From Planctomycetota bacterium (GTDB lineage: Bacteria; Planctomycetota; B15-G4; SIAN01), in assembly GCA_031409275.1 (NCBI GenBank), contig JANNXA010000014.1:64001-128000 (forward strand): a stretch of 64,000 bases of DNA, read 5' to 3'. The notes under the pieces are model-generated. The model was not told where the DNA came from. It made no database searches and was given only the letters and a program-made list of their open reading frames with translations. Shown here piece by piece: positions 21,788-31,455 of the stretch; the first letter of the stretch is position 1; each line of letters begins with the position of its first letter. A program made the translations under genes and the position numbers.

Positions 21788-23284
21788 CTAGCGGGTGTAG
21801 GCCGACTCGTCTTCGACCTGCTTGGTGAACTCACGCAGGTCGATCGTCGCGTTTCCGATCCGCTCGAACGGCACGATCGGCAGGCAACGCGGGTCGCCGC
21901 CACCCTGAGAACGGCGCCACACGACGGCGCGCGCGACGTAGTAGCGAGTCGGCGGCTCGAGCGTGGCGATCGAGACGGTGATCGTGAAGACGTTGCTCTC
22001 GACGGTGAGCAACATCGCGAGCTTCTCCCAACGCTCGGGCGTGATCGAGCTCGAATCGGAGGTGAAGCCGTCGACCTTGCGCAGGTCGTCGATCGTCTTC
22101 AGCGGGTACTTGCCCGTCTTGTCGTCAGGATCGGGCGGCCCCTCGTCTTCAGGCGTCTCGCCACCGCGCGCCTCTTCACGCTTCTTCTTGATCTCGTCGA
22201 GCGCCTCGCGCCGGAACGTCTCGAACTCATCCCATGCCGCGTAGGGAACCTCGGAGTCAGGAAAGAGGCTCTTCAAGACCCAGACGGGCGCTGTGTTGAT
22301 GTTGATGCGACCGTTGTTCACGCCTTGCGCCTCGGGGCGCGCCTTCTGGTCATTGGAGACATTCGCGGGTCCGCCGTCAGCGACCTCGTCGTTGATGTCC
22401 TTGAACTCGAGGTTCGACCAGACCGTGAGACCCTGCGCGAGGCCGGGCACCCACTTCTGGTCATCCGGATCGTCGCCGATCAGGAACCCGGTCAACAGGC
22501 GCGTCGGCTGACCGCCCGCCAGCGCGAACTCCGCCAGCGAGAACGGCGCGAAGGTCGGTTGCGCCGAATCGCCCTTCCAGTCGCCCGATTGCAGTGCCGG
22601 AGTCGCAAGCAAGTCGTTGCCGCGCTCGCCGCGCATCCAACGCTCCATGCGATCCAGCGACTCGGACGCATCGCTGATCGAAAGGTCGTCCGGCTGGCCA
22701 TCGCGCATCAGGTCGAGGCAGCGCTCGAACCGGCTGCGCCACTCCTTGCGATAGTCGGGGTCCTCGGCCGCCAACAGCAGCACGTTCAGCTTCGAGTCCT
22801 CGTCGCTGATGTCGATTCGGGTGCGAAGCTGCGCCTCCTCGCCCAACGAGAAGTCGAATCCCGAGGTCGCCCAGGTTTCGTCGAGCGAGTCGACGTGGCT
22901 TCCCACCGCCCCCGAGTCGCCGGCGCCAGCCCCACCGCCACCGGCTCCGCCCGCACCGCCCGCACCGCCCGCACCCCCGGCACCACCCGCCGCACCGCCG
23001 CCGCCAGCGCCTCCAAGCGCGTCCTCGCCCCCCGCGCCCTCGCTCTTGTCGTCGTCGAGGTCGACGAGGAGACCCGCTTGAGCGCGCAGGATCGCGGCCC
23101 GCGCCAGCGCTTCCATCTGCAGCTCGGTGATGTCGTTGAGCGCCAGTTCGCGCTCGACATGGGCGGAGAAGCAGAACTGCGGCACGATCACCAGCAGCAG
23201 GACGATCACGAACATCGCCAGCACGAGGATGATCCCCGACTGCGAATGGCGGCGTCGATCGGCCACGGAACGGTCGGCGGTCAT
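21788..23284 (-). CDS. gspK: Type II secretion minor pseudopilin GspK-like protein with Gly/Ala-rich insert
   Basis: Class III signal RRRHSQSG|IILVLAMFVIVLLLVI, ISDEDSKLNV, GRININTAP, LTVESNVFTI. Confidence 0.75.
   Translation of the reverse strand: MTADRSVADRRRHSQSGIILVLAMFVIVLLLVIVPQFCFSAHVERELALNDITELQMEALARAAILRAQAGLLVDLDDDKSEGAGGEDALGGAGGGGAAGGAGGAGGAGGAGGAGGGGAGAGDSGAVGSHVDSLDETWATSGFDFSLGEEAQLRTRIDISDEDSKLNVLLLAAEDPDYRKEWRSRFERCLDLMRDGQPDDLSISDASESLDRMERWMRGERGNDLLATPALQSGDWKGDSAQPTFAPFSLAEFALAGGQPTRLLTGFLIGDDPDDQKWVPGLAQGLTVWSNLEFKDINDEVADGGPANVSNDQKARPEAQGVNNGRININTAPVWVLKSLFPDSEVPYAAWDEFETFRREALDEIKKKREEARGGETPEDEGPPDPDDKTGKYPLKTIDDLRKVDGFTSDSSSITPERWEKLAMLLTVESNVFTITVSIATLEPPTRYYVARAVVWRRSQGGGDPRCLPIVPFERIGNATIDLREFTKQVEDESAYTR
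22921..23012 (-). repeat. 9-nt tandem repeat encoding (GGA)n inside gspK
   Basis: Imperfect CCGCACCGC repeats on + strand; translation GGAGGGGAAGGAGGAGGAGGAGGAGGGGAGAG. Confidence 0.8.
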
Positions 23285-23375
23285 GCACGGCTCCGGAAGT
23301 CTCGCCCGGTTCGACCGGAACGCGGCGGCGATCTTCCGGAATCGGGCGCCCGGCGCAATCGCCGGGGTCGGCGCC

Positions 23376-23795
23376 TCACTCGGCGGCCTGCAGATGCAGC
23401 CGGAACAGCGCGCGGCGCGCCGCCTCTCCCTCCAGGAGTTCGAGGGCGACTGGAAGCGGGCGCCACGCCAGCTCGGCTCGGACCGGCAGATCCGTCTGCG
23501 CCGGGTCCCATTGCGGGCGCACGCCGTAGCCCATGCCCCACTCGATCAGATCGAGGTCACCGACGCACTCGTGCGCGCAGACGCGCAGATCGACGAGCCG
23601 CTCGGGCGGTGGCGCGTGCCAGTCATGCTGCATGCTGCGCCGCGTCGCCACTTCGAGCGACTCGGTGTAACCGACCTCAGCCGGGATCGGCGACCACGAG
23701 AATTCCTCGTGCGGCCAACGTCGCTCGAAAAGGTACTCGACGCCGCTGGCGCGACGACGGAAGACGTAGATGAGCACGCGGTGTTCGAGGGCCAT
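23376..23795 (-). CDS. Nudix-fold protein with degenerate Nudix box
   Basis: VLIYVFRR..VEYLFERR..WSPIPAEVGYTESLEVATRRSMQHD..LAWRPL resembles NudB-type Nudix topology. Confidence 0.55.
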   Translation of the reverse strand: MALEHRVLIYVFRRRASGVEYLFERRWPHEEFSWSPIPAEVGYTESLEVATRRSMQHDWHAPPPERLVDLRVCAHECVGDLDLIEWGMGYGVRPQWDPAQTDLPVRAELAWRPLPVALELLEGEAARRALFRLHLQAAE

Positions 23796-23851
23796 GGCGC
23801 TACCTCGCTGATGCTTCGATATCGACGCGATCGAGGCGCGCCACCGCCGCG

Positions 23852-23892
23852 AAAAAAAGACCGCCCCGCGACGCCAATGCGACGCGGGGCGG
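23852..23892 (-). terminator. Rho-independent terminator after the 23929-26061 gene
   Basis: CCGCCCCGCG/CGCGGGGCGG 10-bp stem followed on minus strand by TCTTTTTTT. Confidence 0.85.
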
Positions 23893-23928
23893 CTGCATCA
23901 GGACTTCAGTTTTGCCGCAGCTCGTCAC

Positions 23929-26061
23929 TCAGCCGGTGGTGATGACGACGAGCGGCGAGCCGTCGACCTCGCGCACCTCATAGTTGAATCCGACGATCGC
24001 GGACAACTGCGAAAGGATCACCTCGAGGTCACCGCTGCGCGCGCGATAGTCGACTTCGACGGACGCGAGCGATTCCGGGAAGTCGATGGTGGCGCCAGTC
24101 GCCTTTTCCAGATTGGCGAAGAGAGCCCCGAGCGTGCGGCCTGAAGTCGCGGGCGCCGGAGCCTCGGTCTCCATCGACACCGGCTCCGGCATCGACTGAT
24201 ACTCCATCGCCCGTGCGGTCGTCATGGTCCACGCGGCGGCCGCTGCCATCGTCGGCAGCACTCCGGTCGGCGTGAAGAAGCTGATCGACATTCCGTTGCG
24301 ATCGGACCGGCCCGCGATCCCGATGCCGGTGAAGTGACGCGAAACCACCTCCGCCTCGGGCAGCGCGGCAGGATCAAGGCGACCGCCGCTCCCCTCCTGG
24401 ATTCCGCCCGCGACCATCGGCACGAACTGGTAGCCGATCGAGATGAGTCGCTCGAGGTCGACGAACGCGAGCATCGACAGACCTTCCGCCGTCGGCTTGC
24501 CGGTCAGCGCGTGCAGCACCGTCTGCAGCCGCGCATTGTCGAGCGCGCTGCCGGAGCGGCCGCTCTCGCGCGCCCGCAACGCCGACTTCAGCGCCAGCAC
24601 GTTGGGCGCGATGCAGAGCACGTCGTTGGTGAGCGCCACGACGGGCTGCACCGGCGAACCCTCCGGCACCACGGTGAAACCGTGGCACCCTTCCGGCAGC
24701 CCGCGCGCGTCGTTCACCACGAGCCCTTGCTGCACCATCATCTGGCGCGCCCGATCGAGCAGCTTCTCGAACTGCTGGCGATCCCCGACTTCGAGCATCA
24801 GCATGCCGTCGGGCAGCATCGAGCCGGCGCCCGGCGGCGTCAGGTAGAGGCCGACTTCATCGCCGAACGCCGCCACGAGTTCGGCGCGAACGTCCATGCC
24901 CGTCTCGCGATCCATCTCGCCAAGCGCCATCTCGATCCCTCGCGAGGAACCGGGCGCGATCTGATCCGCCACCGTCACCAGCTTGTCGAGCATCGCTTCC
25001 GGAGCGAGGCGCAGGCCGAGGTAGAAGCCCGTCTCCGCCGGCGCCGACTTCAGGAAATCGAAGCCGCCATCGACGCAGTCGAGCAGCGAGAGGATGCCGG
25101 TCGGCGGCTGCGACCAGCTGATCGCCAGTGAATCGCGTACGCCGCCATCGACGAAGCTCGACGCCAGGCCGATGGACTCGACCGCGGAGATGCCGAGCAG
25201 GTCCATCTCCTCCTTCACGATCGGCGGCACCAGCCGCTCGAAGAGTCGGGCCACGTTGGCGACGTTCACGTACGCCTGGAGAGCCGGGGCTCCTCCGGTC
25301 ACCTGCGCCTGCCACTTCTTGAACGCTCCGCTGCGCGCGAGCGATTCGACCTGCGGAGCGGCAAGGCAACGTTCGAGCGAACTCGCTGAGCCGCTGAACC
25401 ACCAGCGCTTGCCCTCGGCGGCGAAGTAGATCGCCGTGGCCGGAGCATCGGAATCGAAACGAAGCGCGAGGCGGTGCGCGTCATGGCCTGCGATCCGGCA
25501 CTCCTCGGCGCGCGCGTCGAGGCCCGACTGGCGCAGCTGCCCCACCATTTCCTCGAACCAGCCCTTGAAGCGCTGACCGACTTCGACGCTGGCCACGGCA
25601 TCGAGGCCGATCGACACGTTCGCCATCTGGCCGGAGCTGGCGTGCTCGATCAGGCCGCTCAGCTGATTGACCGTGCGCGCATCGAGCGGGTGCGAGGCGG
25701 AGAGTTCGAGACGGCTGCCGCCGAACTCGACCTCGATGCCGCGCACGGCGAGCTCGACACGACCGTCGACGAACTGCCGCCATGGCACCGAATCGAGGAG
25801 CTGACGCAAGCCGGCCGTGGAGATCTCGGCGTGGAGTTCGCCCGCCATCGGTTCGAGGAACTGGCGCACCTGCGGTTCGTCGAGCAGCGTCGTCAATCCG
25901 AGGCTGGTCATCCCGTCGACCATGCGGGTCGTGTCGAGCGAGACGTAGAGCAGGGCGTCGCCGCCAACTCGATCGGCGAGCGAATCGCCACCGACGAGCT
26001 CGACCGGATCGGACGCCGACGAGGCGAGCACGATCGCCAACGGGACCGAGACAAGTTGCAT
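23929..26061 (-). CDS. Large exported hypothetical protein (DUF3352-like beta-rich scaffold)
   Basis: ATG with GGAG SD, signal-like N-terminus, recurrent DALLYVSL/YVNVA/FVDLE segments; family call tentative. Confidence 0.6.
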   Translation of the reverse strand: MQLVSVPLAIVLASSASDPVELVGGDSLADRVGGDALLYVSLDTTRMVDGMTSLGLTTLLDEPQVRQFLEPMAGELHAEISTAGLRQLLDSVPWRQFVDGRVELAVRGIEVEFGGSRLELSASHPLDARTVNQLSGLIEHASSGQMANVSIGLDAVASVEVGQRFKGWFEEMVGQLRQSGLDARAEECRIAGHDAHRLALRFDSDAPATAIYFAAEGKRWWFSGSASSLERCLAAPQVESLARSGAFKKWQAQVTGGAPALQAYVNVANVARLFERLVPPIVKEEMDLLGISAVESIGLASSFVDGGVRDSLAISWSQPPTGILSLLDCVDGGFDFLKSAPAETGFYLGLRLAPEAMLDKLVTVADQIAPGSSRGIEMALGEMDRETGMDVRAELVAAFGDEVGLYLTPPGAGSMLPDGMLMLEVGDRQQFEKLLDRARQMMVQQGLVVNDARGLPEGCHGFTVVPEGSPVQPVVALTNDVLCIAPNVLALKSALRARESGRSGSALDNARLQTVLHALTGKPTAEGLSMLAFVDLERLISIGYQFVPMVAGGIQEGSGGRLDPAALPEAEVVSRHFTGIGIAGRSDRNGMSISFFTPTGVLPTMAAAAAWTMTTARAMEYQSMPEPVSMETEAPAPATSGRTLGALFANLEKATGATIDFPESLASVEVDYRARSGDLEVILSQLSAIVGFNYEVREVDGSPLVVITTG

Positions 26062-26330
26062 GCGATTCTCCACCGACTGCGAAACGCGACCGGCGGGGCG
26101 GCGGGTCGCGCGGCGAGGCTCTGGAACGAGGGCCCCCGTACCTCGGAGCGGCGCTGCTCCGTTCAGGAGAGCGAGGCGCCGGGACGCTGGCGGAGAGACG
26201 CCGGGGCGCGGTGACGTTGCAGCGAAAAAACCAGAGCCGCACGCGAGGGGGTCGCGCGCGGCTCCAGCGTGGTCGCGAACTTCCGGCATGAGCGGCCGGA
26301 AGCCTTGCGTTTTCAAGTAACCCCGAGGAG

Positions 26331-26516
26331 TGAACCCAGCCTCAGTGCCGCAAAGGAAACCGGGCTAGCCTTGAACCTGATCCAACCGAGAGGCCGGTCC
26401 TCACGCCACGGGGTCAGCGTCCTCTTCAACAAAGGGTGTGCCGCTGCGGCCTTCACGATCCCCGCTCGTCGATCGTTCGCGTCGAGCTCGCTAAGTGGTT
26501 GCTCAGGCTCGAATTG
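26331..26516 (-). ncRNA. ssrS: Probable 6S RNA
   Basis: About 185 nt intergenic; 3' part carries AGGUUCAAGG...UUGCGGCAC as in 6S RNAs; 5' AAUUCGAGCCUGAG can pair with 3' CUGAGGCUGGGUU to close a long rod. Confidence 0.55.
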
Positions 26517-26616
26517 AAGTCGCCGGCGCCGCGCCCCCAGCCCGCCCTCGCGCCGTCCCTGCGCCGCGCTTTCGCTCATGCGACGCCAGCGGCATCGGCG
26601 AAGCGCGCAGGTCGCG

Positions 26617-27531
26617 TCAGCGCCGCTTCTTCGGCGGCGCGAAATAGCGCGGGAGCACCTTGGCGAGCTTCGCCCGCGTCGCGCGCGGCTGCTGCTCGGC
26701 GGCCGTGACGATCGCGAAGCGGCACGCATCCGGGCAGCCGCAGGCGCGCGAAGCGGCGGCGACCTTGGGAAGCAGCGTCGGCAACAGCGCTCTCGCCCGA
26801 GCGGCATTCGACGTGAGGTTCGCGAGCACCATCTGGATGTCGACGTCCGCCTCACCGTCACGCCAGCAGTCGTAATCGGTGACCATGCAGACCAGCGCGT
26901 AGCAGAGTTCCGCTTCGCGAGCGAGCTTCGCTTCGGGCAGCGCCGACATGTTGATCAGCCCGGCGCCGAGTTGGCGATAGCTCTGGCTCTCCGCCCGGGT
27001 CGAGAAGAGCGGTCCCTCCATGCAGACGAGCGTCGGCTCGCCGAGTGCACCCGGCAGATTCGCAGCGCGCAGTTCCTGGCGCAGCAGGCTCGCGAGCCGC
27101 GGGCAAAACGGATCCGCGAAGGCGACGTGGCCCACCACGCCGTCGCCGAAGTAGGTGTCGGGACGATGGCGCGTGCGATCGATCAATTGCGCAGGAACGG
27201 CGAAATCGAGCGGCCGCAGCTCTTCGGCGAGGCTGCCGACGGCCGAGAAGGCGACCACCTGCTCGACGCCCAGCGACTTGAGCGCGGCGAAGTTGGCCCG
27301 CCCATTCACCTCGCTCGGGAGCAGTCGGTGGCCCTTGCCGTGACGCGGCAGGAACGCGACCGCCTGCCCGGCGATCTCGACGACGCTGATCGGGTCCGAC
27401 GGCTTGCCCCAAGGCGTCGTCGGGAAGAGCGTGGCGAGGCGCTTCGCGCCGGGGACTTCGTAGAGGCCGCTGCCGCCGATGACGCCGATCCGGACCGGCG
27501 GAAGGCGCCGGCTTCGCGCGCGCTTCGCCAT
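26617..27531 (-). CDS. mtnP: S-methyl-5'-thioadenosine phosphorylase
   Basis: IGVIGGSGLY, TPWGKPSD, LPRHG, CMEGPLFSTRAES, PEAKLAREAELCY, TDYDCW. Confidence 0.95.
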   Translation of the reverse strand: MAKRARSRRLPPVRIGVIGGSGLYEVPGAKRLATLFPTTPWGKPSDPISVVEIAGQAVAFLPRHGKGHRLLPSEVNGRANFAALKSLGVEQVVAFSAVGSLAEELRPLDFAVPAQLIDRTRHRPDTYFGDGVVGHVAFADPFCPRLASLLRQELRAANLPGALGEPTLVCMEGPLFSTRAESQSYRQLGAGLINMSALPEAKLAREAELCYALVCMVTDYDCWRDGEADVDIQMVLANLTSNAARARALLPTLLPKVAAASRACGCPDACRFAIVTAAEQQPRATRAKLAKVLPRYFAPPKKRR

Positions 27532-27532
27532 C

Positions 27533-28219
27533 TCAGACTCCGAGCTTCTTGCACAGCTCGAACAGGTCCTTCACCACCATCTTCGGGGTGATCCCGTCCT
27601 TCAGCTTCGCATTGCCGCGCGCCACGAATGCGCACGCGATGCCGAGCGTTTGCGCCGGCTCGAGGTCGTGGAACGAGGACGAGCTGACGTGAAGCCAGCC
27701 GGCAGCGCGCGAGCCGAGCCGACGCTTCGCATCCTGGAAGTGCAGCGGCGCTGGCTTGTACGAGCGCACGTCCTCGGCCGTCACCATCTCGGCGAACGGG
27801 ATCCCGAGCCGCTCGACGGTCGCCACGAGAGGCGCGCGATCGACGTTCGACAGCAGCAGCAGCGGGAAGTGGCTGCCGAGACGACGCAACGCCGAGACCG
27901 TGTCGGGAAACGCGGGCCAGCGACGCAGCGAGTCGGCGATTCGAAGCGCCGTCGGCTCGTCGAGCGTGCCACCGAACTGCACGAACGCCTCGCGCAGGCT
28001 CACCGCGAAGATCTCGCGGTAGTGCCGGTACGGCAGCGCTTCCCACTCCGCCTCGCGCTGTTCGCGGAAACGCAGGAACTCGTCGAAGCGCGCCTTGACC
28101 GCATCGAAGGCGCCTTCTTCGATGAGCGCGTCTTTCAGCCCCTGCTCCCAGTCCACCAACGTGCCGAAGCAGTCGAAGGTGAGCGCCTGGTAGACCGGGT
28201 TCTCCTTGCCGGATGCCAC
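27533..28219 (-). CDS. HAD-superfamily hydrolase (haloacid dehalogenase type II-like)
   Basis: LTFDCFGTLVDW, LSNVD, SYKP, HVSSSSFHD; GTG start with GGAGG SD. Confidence 0.88.
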   Translation of the reverse strand: MASGKENPVYQALTFDCFGTLVDWEQGLKDALIEEGAFDAVKARFDEFLRFREQREAEWEALPYRHYREIFAVSLREAFVQFGGTLDEPTALRIADSLRRWPAFPDTVSALRRLGSHFPLLLLSNVDRAPLVATVERLGIPFAEMVTAEDVRSYKPAPLHFQDAKRRLGSRAAGWLHVSSSSFHDLEPAQTLGIACAFVARGNAKLKDGITPKMVVKDLFELCKKLGV

Positions 28220-28583
28220 GATCGTCGCCCCTCCCAAAGGAGCGCGGCGGGACGCAGCTGGCGCGTTCTCGGTGCGAACGAGCGCCAGGGGTCTGCACGC
28301 CGCAGATTCCGCCAACGGCGACGCATCCTATCGCTCCAGACCGGCGGCCCTAGCCCGCTTTCTTGACGATCCCCGTGGCGAGACGACAGGAACTCGGCTT
28401 CGGACGAGAAACGGGGCTCGTCTTCGACGACGCCGATTCGCCCACTCGCCGGGAAAGAACCGCGTTCCCGACCACGCGGATTTCGAGGGACGGGGCGCAG
28501 CGATTTCACCCTCACGGCAGCCGACGCCACCACGCGGCGCTTCAAGCCGCCGGGTCGCCCGCGACGACAACGGGAAGGCGCGC

Positions 28584-29480
28584 ATGCCAATCCCCCCTCC
28601 ATCCATCCCATCACCGCCAGCCGGCCGCCTCCATCGCCATGAGTCCGGCGCGGCGCTGAAACGGCAGCGCGCCGCGCTCGAGAGCCGTTACGCCAACCTG
28701 GTGACGGCGCGTCCGCGCCCCGCGCCCACGCTCCACGGCGAGACGCTGCGTGCGCTCGTCGACGCGCTCGACCTGCGCGAACAGGAGACGGCCGGCCACT
28801 CGCACCGGGTCGCGCTCTGGACACTGCTCTTCGCCGCATGGTGCGACGTCGCCGAGAGCGAACTCGAAGCGATCCACGCGGGCGCCCTGCTTCACGACGT
28901 CGGCAAGATCGCCATCCCCGATCCGATCCTGCTCAAGCGCGGTCGCCTCGATGCCCGCGAATGGGTCGTGATGCGGACGCATCCGAGCGCCGGCCATCGC
29001 CTCCTCGCGCGCACGACCAGCTTGCGCAGCGCCGCAGCGATCCCGTGGTGCCATCACGAACGATTCGACGGCAGCGGCTATCCGCGCGGACTCTCGGGAA
29101 AGCGCATTCCGCTATGCGCCCGTCTCTTCGCCATCGTCGATGTCTACGACGCGCTGCGCAGCGATCGACCCTACAAGGTCGCCTACACGCACGAGCACAG
29201 CATCGAGCTGATGCGCGCGCAGTCGGGCCGCCACTTCGATCCGCAGCTGTGCGCGCGCTTCTTCGACCTGCCGCAAGCCGCGCTCGAGCGACTCACCCCG
29301 TCCGCACGGAAGGCGCGTCCCTATGCCGAACTGCGCGAGATCGTCGCGCAGACGCTGGCGTGGATCGCCGCGCGTCCTCAGGGGGGCGGACCGAAGGCGC
29401 CCGATGCGTCGTCCGCGCCCGCATTGCGAGTGAGGTTGATGCCACGCACGCGCACGAGGCTTCCGCGCTCCGGTTCGTAG
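28584..29480 (+). CDS. Stand-alone HD-GYP cyclic dinucleotide phosphodiesterase
   Basis: ETAGHSHRV, LLHDVGK, HHERFDGSGYP, DVYDAL, RPYK, GRHFDP. Confidence 0.9.
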   Translation: MPIPPPSIPSPPAGRLHRHESGAALKRQRAALESRYANLVTARPRPAPTLHGETLRALVDALDLREQETAGHSHRVALWTLLFAAWCDVAESELEAIHAGALLHDVGKIAIPDPILLKRGRLDAREWVVMRTHPSAGHRLLARTTSLRSAAAIPWCHHERFDGSGYPRGLSGKRIPLCARLFAIVDVYDALRSDRPYKVAYTHEHSIELMRAQSGRHFDPQLCARFFDLPQAALERLTPSARKARPYAELREIVAQTLAWIAARPQGGGPKAPDASSAPALRVRLMPRTRTRLPRSGS

Positions 29481-29731
29481 CACCACAGCTCGATCACCTC
29501 GTGGCGCTGACGCGAGAACGCGTAGGGCCGCGGGTGGCGGACGATCCCGAAACCGATGCGTTCCGGCGCGCCTGCCAGATCGAGCAGGTGGCAGCGCGTG
29601 CGCTGATCGGGCCGCAGCGACGTCCCGGCGAGAAGCTTCGGAGTAGCGAACAGGCGGTCGAGCGCGCGCTCCGCCGCGCGCCGCTTGCGGACTCGCTCGC
29701 GCCACGCACGCCAGCGCGTACGCCAGCCCAT
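29378..29731 (-). CDS. Small hypothetical protein (117 aa)
   Basis: ATG overlaps the GT2 stop (TGATG); protein-like MGWRTRWRAW...HPRPYAFSRQRHEVIELW. Confidence 0.5.
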   Translation of the reverse strand: MGWRTRWRAWRERVRKRRAAERALDRLFATPKLLAGTSLRPDQRTRCHLLDLAGAPERIGFGIVRHPRPYAFSRQRHEVIELWCYEPERGSLVRVRGINLTRNAGADDASGAFGPPP

Positions 29732-30690
29732 CAGGCGGCAAACCAGTCGGTGGCAGGCGCGAACGCGCCGTCCTGCGCAACCACCCGCTGACGTGCCGGT
29801 GCGGTGCCGAAGAGGAAGAGGCGCAACGCCCGCTCCCTTCGTTGCGGCAACGTCGCGCCCGGACGCCACTCCCGCGCGACGACATCGCCGTGGCGCTCCG
29901 CCGCCAGCGCCGACTGCCACGCCGAAAGCGTCGCCCCCACGCCGAGCAGGTCGATCGGCCGCTCCGCACCCGGCCCGCGCACGAAGTAGTGAGCCTTGCA
30001 GGCGCGCAACGCCGCGGGGCGATGGATCGCGCTCGTGCGCGTCGATTGGTGTGCGTGCTGGCGCCAGCAGTACAGCCGCTCGCGACAGCGCCCCGCGACG
30101 AAGCCGCGCTCGTGCCATCGCATCCAGAAATCGATGTCGAGCGGCCAGCGCGGATCGCTGACGTAGCCGCCCACCGACGCGAGCGCGGAGCGGCGATAAA
30201 GGCCGGTTTGGTGCAGCGCCGGGATCTCGAGGAAGCGCGCCGCCGCCATGGCCTGCGACGTGCAAAGCCCGTTCTGCCACGCGACGTACCTGCGCATGCC
30301 CGGCGCGTCGAATCCGAAGACGACCGCGTCGCTGACGACGCCGTCCCACTTCGGCTCGGCAGCGAGCGCGGCGGCAAGACGCGCGAGTCGCTGCGGTGGG
30401 CAACGATCGTCCGCCTCCATCTGCGCCAGGAGCGGGTGGCTCGCCTCGCCGAGCGCTCGATCGAGCGCCTGCGCGGCGCCGCCGCCGGCGGTCGCGATGA
30501 CGCGCAATCGCGGCTCGTGACGCGCGCGCTCGAGGAGCCATTGCGCCGAGCCGTCCCTCGATCCGTCGTCGACGGCGACGATCTCGAGATCCACCTCACG
30601 CTGCGCGAGCAGATCGGCCACCGCGGCCGCGAGGTAGGGCCCGCCATCGCGAACCGGCAGGAGGACGGAGATCGCAGGCCGTGACGTCAC
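29731..30690 (-). CDS. Family 2 glycosyltransferase
   Basis: ISVLLPVRD, VAVDDGSRDGS, MEADD (DxD-like), LYCWRQH. Confidence 0.88.
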   Translation of the reverse strand: MTSRPAISVLLPVRDGGPYLAAAVADLLAQREVDLEIVAVDDGSRDGSAQWLLERARHEPRLRVIATAGGGAAQALDRALGEASHPLLAQMEADDRCPPQRLARLAAALAAEPKWDGVVSDAVVFGFDAPGMRRYVAWQNGLCTSQAMAAARFLEIPALHQTGLYRRSALASVGGYVSDPRWPLDIDFWMRWHERGFVAGRCRERLYCWRQHAHQSTRTSAIHRPAALRACKAHYFVRGPGAERPIDLLGVGATLSAWQSALAAERHGDVVAREWRPGATLPQRRERALRLFLFGTAPARQRVVAQDGAFAPATDWFAA

Positions 30691-30772
30691 TCCCGGGCGC
30701 TCCGTTCGAGCAGTACCATGCCGCCGCTTCCTCTCCGATTCATCGCGTCGCGTGCTCCCGCGCAGGAACATC

Positions 30773-31294
30773 ATGGCTCGAAACGTCGTCATCCTCGCCG
30801 CAGCGAGCGGGCCCGTCGCCTACGTCGCGAAGCTCGCCGGGGCCAACGGGGAGGAGGTCGGCGCGGTGCTCACTTCCATCGACTTGCGCCGGGAGAAGGT
30901 CTCCGGCGGACGCATCGAGGAGGAGCGCGCCTACGCGGGCCAGCTCGCCAGCACGCTCGACGAGCCGGTCTTCATCGGTTCCGCGATCGCGCAGCTCGCC
31001 GGCCATTGCGAAACGGTGATCGTCGACTCGCTCGAGCGCTGGATCGAGCGGGTGGTGCAGCGCTTTCCCGACGATCCGATCGAGCGTGATGCCGAGGTGC
31101 TGTCGCTGCTGTCGGTGATGCAAGCGCGCATGGCTGACCTGCTGCTGGTGGCGCGACCCGCCTCCCCCCTCGAGCCGATCGCCCGCGATCTCCTCACGAA
31201 AGCGCTGGCGGGCTGCGCAAAGCACGCCGATAGCGTCGTCGACTTGAGCGGCCCGGCGCCGCGCGCCGTGCAGGGCCCTCTGCCCGACGCCTGA
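30773..31294 (+). CDS. CobU/CobP-like protein with degenerate catalytic motifs
   Basis: RIEEER, TLDEP, VIVDSLERWI, LLLVA, AKHADSVVDLSG are collinear with CobU; P-loop not intact; AGGA SD. Confidence 0.6.
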   Translation: MARNVVILAAASGPVAYVAKLAGANGEEVGAVLTSIDLRREKVSGGRIEEERAYAGQLASTLDEPVFIGSAIAQLAGHCETVIVDSLERWIERVVQRFPDDPIERDAEVLSLLSVMQARMADLLLVARPASPLEPIARDLLTKALAGCAKHADSVVDLSGPAPRAVQGPLPDA

Positions 31295-31455
31295 TCGCGA
31301 AGAGGTCACCGTCGACGACGGCCGCCGTCATCCGCGCATGGCGTTCATCGCGCTGACCCACTTGCTGCTCGCGCTCTTCTGCTGGAAACGCGAGCGGTCC
31401 CGTCGACACCGCATGGCGGCGCGCGACGGGACCGCGTCTGCATCGAGCGAGTCGT

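Noticed and set aside
22921..23012. Short tandem repeats as a possible CRISPR array
   Set aside because: 9-nt coding repeats without spacers, and no cas genes
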